Origin: Alphaproteobacteria bacterium
GTDB taxonomy: Bacteria > Pseudomonadota > Alphaproteobacteria > UBA9219 > RFNS01
Length of the DNA stretch: 64,000 bases
Assembly: GCA_049653105.1 (NCBI GenBank)
Contig: JBASFQ010000008.1
Span: forward strand, 27,957-91,956
Direction of reading: 5' to 3'
Shown: positions 54,337 to 64,000 of the stretch, in pieces
How positions within the stretch are numbered: position 1 is the first letter of the stretch
Layout of the letters: each line of letters opens with the position of its first letter
Notes under the pieces: model-generated
Database searches by the model: none
The model's input: the letters and a program-made list of their open reading frames with translations, nothing else
Told to the model about the DNA's origin: nothing
Position numbers and translations under genes: made by a program

Positions 54337-54673
54337 TTATCAGAAGCCGGATGTTCTCAATTATCCACATGCGCGCTGACGTGATAGCTGATTTAGGTCA
54401 ACTATCGACGCATACTTCTGACCCGTCATCATCGTGTTTTCCCGCGTCGTATCCCAAAACTCTGCAAGCCGGGACACAAACACACACGATTCAGACTACA
54501 CATTACTTGTTCAGTTACTCTCTTGTCATCACACAAGAAAGCAACTGGTGATCGTCAACTATTCACAATTTCAAAGACACACCGGAAACAAGCGGGCAGG
54601 GGAGATTGAAACCCTGTCACCGGCAAGTACCGGAATCTACTTTTCGAGAGAAATCATATCCAAGAGAAATGCA

Positions 54674-54749
54674 TGGTGGAGCTGATCGGGATCGAACCGA
54701 CGACCTCATGCTTGCAAAGCACGCGCTCTCCCAGCTGAGCTACAGCCCC
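54674..54749 (-). tRNA. tRNA-Ala (anticodon TGC), spacer tRNA, CCA encoded
   Basis: Reverse complement reads GGGGCTGTAGCTCAGCTGGGAGAGCGCGTGCTTTGCAAGCATGAGGTCGTCGGTTCGATCCCGATCAGCTCCACCA. Confidence 0.9.
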
Positions 54750-54772
54750 TATTTGGGAACACACAGAATGAT

Positions 54773-54849
54773 TGGTGGGCCTGGTAAGATTTGAACTTAC
54801 GACCTCACGCTTATCAAGCGCGCGCTCTAACCAGCTGAGCTACAAGCCC
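54773..54849 (-). tRNA. tRNA-Ile (anticodon GAT), spacer tRNA, CCA encoded
   Basis: Reverse complement reads GGGCTTGTAGCTCAGCTGGTTAGAGCGCGCGCTTGATAAGCGTGAGGTCGTAAGTTCAAATCTTACCAGGCCCACCA. Confidence 0.9.
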
Positions 54850-54940
54850 GAAACTCGTTGAGTCTCGCATTAGTCTCTTGGAGAAAGGATGCGCCGACGG
54901 CGGCTATGATACGAAAATCGTACCACGCTTATGCCAAGTT

Positions 54941-56436
<1,496 letters not shown>

Positions 56437-57198
56437 TTTGGCGACAATAGCTTTGGGAAGCCTGTCGCCGATGCAGTCAGCCCCTGTACACAAGGGCTAT
56501 CTGCCGAGGGTTGATACGAGCTCCTTACCGTCCTTACCTAGATAAAGCCGGTAAGGCGTATCGAACTTATATTCCAATCTTGCGATTGGCATTTCGGCAG
56601 GATGCCCATTAGGCAGCTGACGCATTAAGCAAACCGAAGTTTGCATTAAGGCTCGACATAATGTCACCCGATACAAGTACCCGAAGGTCCAGGCATCAGG
56701 CAGCCGCCGTCTGCGCATCCTTTCTCTCGAAAATTCACGATGTCAAAGATCCAAACACCCGGCAACAGAAGAACCGCTTGCGCGCTTGCGCGCAGTGCAA
56801 AATCCGTCTTGCTTCCTGATGGCTCCGATGCACGAGGACTCGTTCACCGGAGGTCGGGAACATACTTATTCACCCCACCCATGTCCAGAGAAAAATAAAC
56901 GTTTTTTAAATAAAAATTACTTAGGAGAATCAGTGCCTAAAGTGGGCGCCGGGGTTCATCGGTGGAGTTATCCACAGGTTTGTCGGGCGGCTGTCTGTCT
57001 GTCCCGAATTTTTCAGCAGAAATTAGACGTTTTCTGGCTCCCATATATCGAAATAGGGAACTTCTTGGGCTGTGCCCTATGTGGGGTGCAGCATCCAACA
57101 GCCCCCATTCTGCGCGAAAGAAGGGAGGTGTGATTCTGTGGGTTTTTTAGATGAGGAAATTTCTACAGCTTATTGGTATTAATGTGCAATATTGTGGA
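56437..57198 (-). promoter_or_regulatory. rRNA operon leader/promoter region (~760 nt)
   Basis: Non-coding gap between the fumC stop and the 16S 5' end. Contains an AT-rich UP-like block followed by TGGACA-N17-TATGTT on the minus strand (about 56855..56935) and a tandem CTTGCGCG repeat. The promoter call is sequence-based only. Confidence 0.4.
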
Positions 57199-58605
57199 TT
57201 AGACCATGTCCTCAGGCTTGATCAGCCGATCAAAATCGGCCGCCGACAGGACCCCGAGTTCCAGCGCCGCCTGTTTCAAGGTTTTGTTTTCAGCGTGCGC
57301 CTTTTTGGCGACTTTTGCGGCATTATCATAGCCTATGTGCGGATTTAATGCCGTCACAAGCATCAACGATTCCCCGACCAATTTGCTGATGCGCTCTTTG
57401 TTGGGGGTAATGCCGACAACACAATTATCGGTGAAACTGCGTGCCGCATCGGCCAGCAAACGCATGGATTGCAGCAGATTATAGATTAATACCGGCTTGA
57501 ACACGTTGAGTTCGAAATGGCCGTTTGACCCGGCGACGGTGATTGTCGTGTGATTCCCCATCACTTGCGTTGCCACCATCGTCATGGCCTCGGATTGTGT
57601 CGGATTTACCTTGCCCGGCATGATCGACGAGCCGGGTTCATTTTCCGGCAGATCCAATTCGCCGATGCCGCAACGCGGGCCTGAGCCAAGGAGTCTGATA
57701 TCGTTGGCGATTTTCATGAAGCTGACGGCAATAGTGTTCATCGCGCCCGAAGCTTCGACAATCGCATCGTTGCAGGCCAGCGCCTCGAATTTATTCGCCG
57801 CGCTGATAAAGGGTTTGCCGGTGATTTTGGCAACTTGTGCCGCGAATTCCTTGGCGAAACCTTTCTTGGCATTTAATCCTGTGCCGACGGCCGTGCCGCC
57901 TTGCGCGAGAGGGTAAAGCCGCGGCAGCACGTCTTTGGCGCGGGCAACAGCCTGTTTGATCTGCATGGCATAGCCGGAAAATTCCTGTCCCAACGTCACC
58001 GGCACGGCATCTTGCAAATGTGTACGCCCGATCTTGACGATATTTTTAAACGCGCGCGCTTTCTTGTCCAGCGCCGCCTCGAAATGACTCAACGCGGGGA
58101 GGAGATCGTTATTGATAACCATCGCGGCGGCGATATGCATCGCGGTCGGGAACGAATCATTCGAGCTTTGCCCCATATTCACATGATCGTTGGGGTGTAC
58201 GGGTTTTTTGCTGCCCATTGTGCCACGCAGTGTTTCGATGGCGCGGTTGGAAATGACTTCGTTGACGTTCATGTTGGTTTGCGTGCCCGACCCAGTTTGC
58301 CACACGACCAGAGGAAATTCCTCATCCATCTGGCCGGCGATGATTTCATCCGCCGCTTTCACGATGGCATCGCCGAGCTTCTTGTCCAAAGCTCCCAGCT
58401 TCATATTGGTCAGTGCCGCCGCTTTTTTCTGGATGCCGAAGGCACGAATCAGGGGCAGGGGCATGCGTTCGCCGCCGATCTTGAAATTCTGCAAGCTGCG
58501 CTGAGTCTGCGCCCCCCAGTAATGCGCGGCAGGAACCTCAATCGGCCCGAAACTGTCGGTTTCAACACGAATAGCGGCGGTGGTTTTCTTGGTTGTGGTG
58601 GGCAT
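57199..58605 (-). CDS. fumC: class II fumarate hydratase
   Basis: [16 protein letters not shown] signature and [17 protein letters not shown]. Start chosen at MPTTTKK; the track start is 58662. Confidence 0.85.
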   Translation of the reverse strand: MPTTTKKTTAAIRVETDSFGPIEVPAAHYWGAQTQRSLQNFKIGGERMPLPLIRAFGIQKKAAALTNMKLGALDKKLGDAIVKAADEIIAGQMDEEFPLVVWQTGSGTQTNMNVNEVISNRAIETLRGTMGSKKPVHPNDHVNMGQSSNDSFPTAMHIAAAMVINNDLLPALSHFEAALDKKARAFKNIVKIGRTHLQDAVPVTLGQEFSGYAMQIKQAVARAKDVLPRLYPLAQGGTAVGTGLNAKKGFAKEFAAQVAKITGKPFISAANKFEALACNDAIVEASGAMNTIAVSFMKIANDIRLLGSGPRCGIGELDLPENEPGSSIMPGKVNPTQSEAMTMVATQVMGNHTTITVAGSNGHFELNVFKPVLIYNLLQSMRLLADAARSFTDNCVVGITPNKERISKLVGESLMLVTALNPHIGYDNAAKVAKKAHAENKTLKQAALELGVLSAADFDRLIKPEDMV

Positions 58606-58683
58606 CGGGTGACTCGCGAAAGTTGGTGAATCCTTCGTCACCGTAGCACCACTGCGCGTCATACGAAAGTAGAACGCAGCACC

Positions 58684-59088
58684 CTACAGGCTTAATACTC
58701 TGGATATTGGTTGACGCTGCCTTGAAGCGCGAACAGCGGAAGTAATGTCATCAAAACCAGCGCCACCAAAGCTGTTGGAAGGGCCACCTGAAAAATCATC
58801 GCTGGCGCCACCGCCGCCAAACGTGCCGCCGCCACCGCCGCCCCACGTTTCCCCGGCCGGGGTTGTGGGGTGTGTCTCTGGCGGGCATGTCAGCGCGTGC
58901 AAAAGCACTGCATTGTCCAAGGTCAGGCCACTGTCTGGTGTTGCAGCGGCTGGCGTATGTGTGACAAAGCTAGATGCGGGCGCGCTGGCGGTTTCATGCG
59001 ACACTTTTGACCGGGGGGCTTTTCCCCTGCTTCTTGTCGTGAGTTGCTCCTGTGTTCTTCTGACAAATTCAGCAATATCGTTACTCAT
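58684..59088 (-). CDS. hypothetical Gly-rich / low-complexity protein (134 aa)
   Basis: ORF with a GAGGGA SD 8 nt upstream of the ATG. Contains GGGGGTFGGGGASDDFSGGPSNSFGGAGFDD. Chosen over the mirror ORF at 58745..59293 (+). Confidence 0.4.
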   Translation of the reverse strand: MSNDIAEFVRRTQEQLTTRSRGKAPRSKVSHETASAPASSFVTHTPAAATPDSGLTLDNAVLLHALTCPPETHPTTPAGETWGGGGGGTFGGGGASDDFSGGPSNSFGGAGFDDITSAVRASRQRQPISRVLSL

Positions 59089-59280
59089 AGGACAATCCCT
59101 CACAATGATATCAAGCGTTAGTCCAAATGTTAATCCAAGTGGCGTGTACCAAGAAAGAGCTGCTGTAGAAAGTGAGCCTGCACATTCACCGCAACAGCAT
59201 CTTCTTTTAAAACGCGAGTCCAACTCCTTAAAAAGCAGATATCTGAAGCGGCGCGCTGTCGACCATACGATTTTGTCCTC

Positions 59281-60249
59281 TTACTGTGGTTGAGGTTTTG
59301 CATTGGCTAGAATGCGGCGCTCGACGTCTAGATTCAGCGCGCGTGTTCGAAGCGACTGCTGGTCTTGTGTGCCCAAAGTCTGCCGGAATCCTTCGGCGAG
59401 ACTGTAGCGTGCTTTCCAATTGAGTTCCGTCTTGACCAAACCAGTCTCCACGCAACACGGGTAGTCCCGGAAAGGAAAATATTGTCGCGGCTTATAAGTC
59501 TTTGCGTGGTCGCCCGCCAGAATGCCGGGATCAGGAAATCCTGCGACCTCGGCCACCGTCCTGACCCATTCACTTAATGTCGGTCGTTCATCGGCGGCGA
59601 CATTGTATATTGCGACTCCCAGCGGTCTTTTGCGCAGGGCAGCTTTGACGATGTCTGAAAGATCGTCGATATGCAGAAACTGGATCGGCGTCCGACCGTT
59701 ACCCGGCACAATCACGGGTTGGTCTTGCATGGCGCGCGCCCAAACAAAAGTTTCTCGGTCGTTATTGTTATTCGGACCATAGAGATAAGGTGGGCGCAGG
59801 ATCGTGACCGGAATACGGCCAGCATTATCCATCAGATATTGGTCGACATCAGATTTCTCAACGCCATACTCTGCCCAAATCGCGGCTCCGCCGATGGGGT
59901 CTTTCTCAGTGGGATGCCGCCCGAGTGTTTCCTTATAGACGGCGGCGCTGCCGAGATGGATCCAGTGGTTGGTTTTGTGAGAAAACGCAGTCCAGGCTGT
60001 TGCGGCATGATGGCGGTTGTATGCCGATGTATCAATGACGGCGTCAAAATTGCCCACAGCCTGAGCTGCGGCCTGAAGTTGTGTCGCGCTTTCGCGATCC
60101 GCGACTAGTTGCCGCGTGCCCTGCATCGGAGTGTTGCCGCGATTTAAAACCGCGATGTCATACCCTTCGGCGACAAGCGCAGGAATGAGGCCGGATCCGA
60201 CAAATCCCGATCCACCAATCACCAGAATGCTTTTGCCTTTTTGTGTCAT
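59281..60249 (-). CDS. NAD-dependent epimerase/dehydratase (extended SDR) family protein
   Basis: N-terminal Rossmann motif ILVIGGSGFVGS. 322 aa from MTQKGK. Confidence 0.7.
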   Translation of the reverse strand: MTQKGKSILVIGGSGFVGSGLIPALVAEGYDIAVLNRGNTPMQGTRQLVADRESATQLQAAAQAVGNFDAVIDTSAYNRHHAATAWTAFSHKTNHWIHLGSAAVYKETLGRHPTEKDPIGGAAIWAEYGVEKSDVDQYLMDNAGRIPVTILRPPYLYGPNNNNDRETFVWARAMQDQPVIVPGNGRTPIQFLHIDDLSDIVKAALRKRPLGVAIYNVAADERPTLSEWVRTVAEVAGFPDPGILAGDHAKTYKPRQYFPFRDYPCCVETGLVKTELNWKARYSLAEGFRQTLGTQDQQSLRTRALNLDVERRILANAKPQPQ

Positions 60250-60470
60250 GTTCCTGCCCTCCATTGTAAGTCATACGGTTACATAAACCACCGCGGACAG
60301 TCATCCCGCCACAGAAGATCAAAGTGGTTGCCTGGATCCTTGCCTTAAGGCGTTCAGAGGCGATCCTCTTTGGAAAGTCGCGGCGCGGGTGAGTGACCAG
60401 CCTAGGCAGCGGTAACACCGCGCATGGCTATCTTGATGGGGGAAACTTGGTGCTGAGACTCGGGGAAGAT

Positions 60471-60546
<76 letters not shown>

Positions 60547-60775
60547 ACACAGCCTAAGTCCGGAGGCCGTCTTTATGAGCGGGTGCGACCCATCTGTCAA
60601 GCGGCAAAGCCGGGAACCAGCCATTAAACTGCGTCCAATCAATGGCTTGCCAGCCGTGAAGCCGGGGTATAGTTTGCCCTGAGAATCCTGACGCGTCTTT
60701 TAATGATACTTTCCGTCTGTGGGGAAATGATCGGCGAGGCGCCTACGGACTATCAGCAGCGCATGGAGTGAATCT

Positions 60776-61063
60776 ATGGTCTCCCTTCTGATGATCATCC
60801 ATATGATCCTTGGCTTCTATATGATGTTGGTTTTGGTCGCCGTCATCTTGGATTGGCTGCGGATTTTTAACGTGGTCAACACCAGCAACCGTTTTGTCGC
60901 AACGATCGGCGATTTTCTTTTCCGGATTACTGAACCCGCCTTGCGTCCAATCCGTCGGGTCATTCCGGTGATCAACGGCATTGATCTTGCGCCGCTCGCG
61001 CTTTACTTCCTGATCATGTTTGTACGCATGCTGATCGTCAATAACATCGGCTTTTTCATGTAA
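60776..61063 (+). CDS. yggT: YggT-family membrane protein
   Basis: 95 aa with two TM helices and the YggT-typical ...LDWL.... motif. Sits next to folD. Confidence 0.7.
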   Translation: MVSLLMIIHMILGFYMMLVLVAVILDWLRIFNVVNTSNRFVATIGDFLFRITEPALRPIRRVIPVINGIDLAPLALYFLIMFVRMLIVNNIGFFM

Positions 61064-61079
61064 TGTTGCGGATTGCGCC

Positions 61080-61973
61080 ATGACAGCCTCTATCATCGAC
61101 GGCAAAGCATATGCGGCGGAGTTGCGTGCCGAAATCAGACGCATGGTTGCCGGGCTGCGAGCGTCGCACGGCGTGACGCCAGGGCTTGCCGTCGTTTTGG
61201 TCGGCGCAGATCCCGCCAGTCAGGTTTATGTCCGCAATAAAGATAAAGCGGTGACCGAGGTTGGGATGACGTCCTTCCCGCATCATCTGCCGGCCACGGT
61301 GACGCAAGCTGCCTTGCTTGATCTGGTGCGGACTCTGAACACCGATCCGCGCGTTCACGGCATTTTGGTTCAGTTGCCCTTGCCGCGTGGGTTGGATGCG
61401 CAGGAAGTTTTGAATGCCATTGATCCGGCCAAAGATGTCGATGGGTTTCACCCGGTCAATGCCGGACGGCTGGCGTCCGGATTATCCGGGCTGGTTCCTT
61501 GCACGCCGCTGGGCTGCATGATGCTGTTACGATCGGTGCAACCGCAACTCGCCGGACTGCACGCGGTCGTGGTGGGGCGGTCGAATATCGTGGGTAAGCC
61601 CGTTGCGCAATTACTGCTGCAGGCCGACTGCACTGTGACCATCGCGCATTCCAAAACCCGTGATTTGCCGAATATCTGTAGCCAGGCCGATATCCTGGTC
61701 GCGGCTGTCGGTCGTCCTGAAATGGTGCGCGGCGACTGGGTCAAACCAGGTGCGCTGGTCATAGATGTGGGCATCAACCGGCTTGATACGGGGGAAGGCA
61801 CGACCAAACTGGTCGGCGATGTTGCTTTTGCCGAAGCCGTAACGCGTGCGGCGGCCATCACCCCTGTTCCGGGTGGCGTGGGGCCGATGACAATCGCTTG
61901 TCTGTTACGCAATACGTTGCAGGCCGCTTGTATGCAGCACCGCATCACGCTCCCGCAGGGAGCAGCCGCATGA
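61080..61973 (+). CDS. folD: bifunctional 5,10-methylene-THF dehydrogenase / 5,10-methenyl-THF cyclohydrolase
   Basis: [21 protein letters not shown], and GGVGPMT motifs. Confidence 0.9.
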   Translation: MTASIIDGKAYAAELRAEIRRMVAGLRASHGVTPGLAVVLVGADPASQVYVRNKDKAVTEVGMTSFPHHLPATVTQAALLDLVRTLNTDPRVHGILVQLPLPRGLDAQEVLNAIDPAKDVDGFHPVNAGRLASGLSGLVPCTPLGCMMLLRSVQPQLAGLHAVVVGRSNIVGKPVAQLLLQADCTVTIAHSKTRDLPNICSQADILVAAVGRPEMVRGDWVKPGALVIDVGINRLDTGEGTTKLVGDVAFAEAVTRAAAITPVPGGVGPMTIACLLRNTLQAACMQHRITLPQGAAA

Positions 61974-63004
61974 TTACCGCTTATTTCCGCGCTGAAAATC
62001 AAATTCTGGAATTGCAGGTCGAGGCTGCGGATGCGTTGCCGGGAGGCTTGTGCTGGCTTGATCTGGATGAGCCAACAGATCTTGAGCGCGCCTACGTGTC
62101 GGAAAAACTGGGGATCGATGTTCCGTCGCATGCCGAGATGCGCGAGATTGAGGTTTCAAGCCGTTTGTATGTCGAAGGTGATGTGATCCACCTGACCACA
62201 TCCCTGCTGGTAGGGGCGGATTCACCAGATCCGGAATTGGCGGAATTGACGATCATCATTACACCGAAATATCTGGTTGTTGTGCGTTTTGCTGCACCGA
62301 AATCCGTGGCGATTTTTACTGCGCGCGCCAAACGTAACCCGGCTCTGGTCGCCGATGTCAACCATGCGATACTGACATTGCTTGACGCTATTGCTGATCG
62401 TACTGCCGATACTCTTGAAATGACGGGACGACAAGTGAATGTGCTGTCGCGGCAGGTTTTTCCGTCGCCAACGATGATCAGCCAGCAATCTGTGCGGCGG
62501 CGGCGCTGGTGGAACTTTCGTTCCCGCGCAGCGCATGAATCGGCGCCACAAGCTCCGCTGAAGGATTTATTGTACGGCGTGGGGCGCACGGGCGACATGC
62601 TGCACCGGAGCTATCATTCAATCAACGGCATGATCCGGATGACAGCCTTTCTGGCGCATGTGATGACAGGGCGCTTGACGCCGGAACAAACCATTTTGAT
62701 GCAAACGCTGCAAAGCGATTTGAAATCATTGCACGACCACGCCGATTTCATGATTCAGGAAACGACATTTCTGCTTGATGCCGTGCTGGGACAGATCAAT
62801 GGAGAGCAAAACGATATTTTCCGCTTCTTGATGATGTCGTCCACCTTATTCCTGCCATCCAGTCTGTTGGCCGGAATTTATGGCATGAACATGCCGGGCG
62901 TTCCGGGGATGCAGACGCCGTGGATCGTGTGGGTGGTCTTCGGGGTTATGGTGCTGTCGGCGATTGGGTCGCTGATTTATTTCAAGCGGCGCGGTTGGTG
63001 GTAA
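61970..63004 (+). CDS. corA: CorA-family Mg2+/Co2+ transporter
   Basis: YGMNM (GMN) motif and two C-terminal TM helices. Start at MITAYF overlaps the folD stop (ATGA). Confidence 0.8.
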   Translation: MITAYFRAENQILELQVEAADALPGGLCWLDLDEPTDLERAYVSEKLGIDVPSHAEMREIEVSSRLYVEGDVIHLTTSLLVGADSPDPELAELTIIITPKYLVVVRFAAPKSVAIFTARAKRNPALVADVNHAILTLLDAIADRTADTLEMTGRQVNVLSRQVFPSPTMISQQSVRRRRWWNFRSRAAHESAPQAPLKDLLYGVGRTGDMLHRSYHSINGMIRMTAFLAHVMTGRLTPEQTILMQTLQSDLKSLHDHADFMIQETTFLLDAVLGQINGEQNDIFRFLMMSSTLFLPSSLLAGIYGMNMPGVPGMQTPWIVWVVFGVMVLSAIGSLIYFKRRGWW

Positions 63005-63005
63005 G

Positions 63006-63236
63006 CTAGTCCCGTTCTTCCGTGTCGAGCAGCATCAGCATCGCTTCATAGGCCGGGATGCCGCAAAAAGAACCGAGCCCCAACAGAAAATGCTTAAACG
63101 CGACTTGGCCAAACCCGAGCTGGAAATAATAACCCGCGCTCGCCACCCCCAATAATCCGCCAAAAAACAATATTAGGCGCACGCCAGGCCGTGCGGCGCG
63201 AAGTGACAGATAAATGAAATTTACGGGCAAACGCAT
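63006..63236 (-). CDS. hypothetical small membrane protein
   Basis: Two predicted TM helices. Convergent with corA, whose stop it abuts. Confidence 0.4.
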   Translation of the reverse strand: MRLPVNFIYLSLRAARPGVRLILFFGGLLGVASAGYYFQLGFGQVAFKHFLLGLGSFCGIPAYEAMLMLLDTEERD

Positions 63237-63536
63237 GGTGATTTCGCCCTGCAAAAGCAACCATACTATGGCTCAGCGTAGGGCAAAACTGGTCAACAAA
63301 ATGTGAAGATGTGGGGCTGGGGCCAAGCGGACAGGGCAGGGGAATGAAATGCATCTATGCCGAATCCACGGCTTCGGGGGCAGTAATTTAACCCATGATT
63401 AAGGCGAGATAAGCATAATGCTCATGATTTTGAAGGGGTTAGGTGCGTCTGAAACTATTTGCAGATGTTGCGCGTTCCCCGATTTCATGAGACAGTTTGT
63501 TGCAGGGCAATAAGGGGTTTTTTTAAGGAGGCTCTA

Positions 63537-64000
63537 TGGCGGATATCACAAAAACTGGGGCAAGTCTCTTCGCGCGCGGCTGGAAATGGATAAAGGATCA
63601 CAAAAAAACCACCGCGCTTATCGGGGGAGCCGCCGTCACAAGTACGGCGTTGAATAGCTCGGTTGCTGAAGATATCAAGGCCAGGGCAATCAATGCGGCG
63701 AAAAATGAGGGCGGTGATGCTCTTCAGGATGAGGTAGCCGGTCCATTAGATAAATTGTGGGATCTTCTGAGCAGTGTCTGGGATCGCGCATTGGACTATC
63801 TGACGGAAAAATTTGGCCCGATGTTCGGTTTCACTGCCGACACGAAAAAGGATAAGAACGAAGAAAAAGAAGATGTCGCGCTTAAGGAAGAGAAGCGCGA
63901 AGCCAAGGTGACCACTGTCGCCGAAGAAATCGTCGCAGAAGAAAAAATCAAGGCAGACGAAGTGAAATTCCAGGCATCAAATCCTGGTCCGGTTCGCAAA
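63537..64000 (+). CDS. hypothetical Lys/Glu-rich protein, 5' partial view (continues past window end)
   Basis: AAGGAGG SD 7 nt upstream of the ATG. No stop codon before the window end. Confidence 0.4.

Noticed and set aside
56786-57133. 115-aa + strand ORF in the rRNA leader
   Set aside because: No SD, no family resemblance, and it lies in a region better explained as rRNA promoter/leader. Kept only as part of the leader finding.
58745-59293. 182-aa + strand ORF mirroring the Gly-rich minus-strand ORF
   Set aside because: The Pro/Val-rich translation is the complementary reading of the Gly-rich codons. The minus-strand ORF has the better SD. Only one of the two, or neither, is real.
59671-60108. 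145-aa + strand ORF antisense to the SDR epimerase gene
   Set aside because: Antisense to a gene with a clear Rossmann motif.

Overview
This ~64 kb window looks like alphaproteobacterial chromosome (GC roughly mid-50s %) and is dominated by core housekeeping genes. The assignment rests on gene order: rpsF–rpsR–DUF2232–rplI, ccoNOQP–fixGHIS, ftsEX–YdcF–plsC, aminotransferase–hom–glpX–recJ, cpdR, and tRNA-Ile/Ala in the rRNA spacer. On the + strand the window opens with a complete cbb3 oxidase locus, ccoN-ccoO-ccoQ-ccoP-fixG-fixH-fixI-fixS. The tiny ccoQ is not in the ORF track; I found it by reading the sequence. Next come sodB, a CPA1 Na+/H+ antiporter, the ABC-F protein Uup, and an LmbE-like deacetylase/DegT aminotransferase pair. 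A minus-strand operon follows (SH3b protein–coaBC–dut–hemB), then tgt-queA, a His-rich glycine-zipper protein, and the ftsE-ftsX-DUF218-plsC operon. After that are a zinc-ribbon protein plus cpdR, galU-ugd, a PhaC synthase with a ~280-aa low-complexity N-terminal extension, and the aminotransferase–hom–glpX–recJ block. The next stretch contains rpmG, sppA, pgsA, putA, an AT-rich histidine-phosphatase islet, a class-I amidotransferase, hisI translationally coupled to an unknown 305-aa protein, rplI–DUF2232–rpsR–rpsF, and kup. A small AT-rich islet follows, holding an XRE regulator, a membrane-anchored YqgE/AlgH-like protein and unknown genes. A complete minus-strand rRNA operon (16S–tRNA-Ile–tRNA-Ala–23S–5S) comes next, then fumC, a Gly-rich unknown protein, an SDR epimerase, a solitary tRNA-Ala(CGC), and yggT-folD-corA. 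I saw no CRISPR array, no integrase or transposase, and no large repeat family. The best candidate for something undescribed is the AT-rich islet between kup and the rRNA operon (about 48.95–51.3 kb); several secondary oddities are listed in the findings. rRNA boundaries are approximate (±10 nt), and alternative start codons are given where I judged the track's first Met unlikely.
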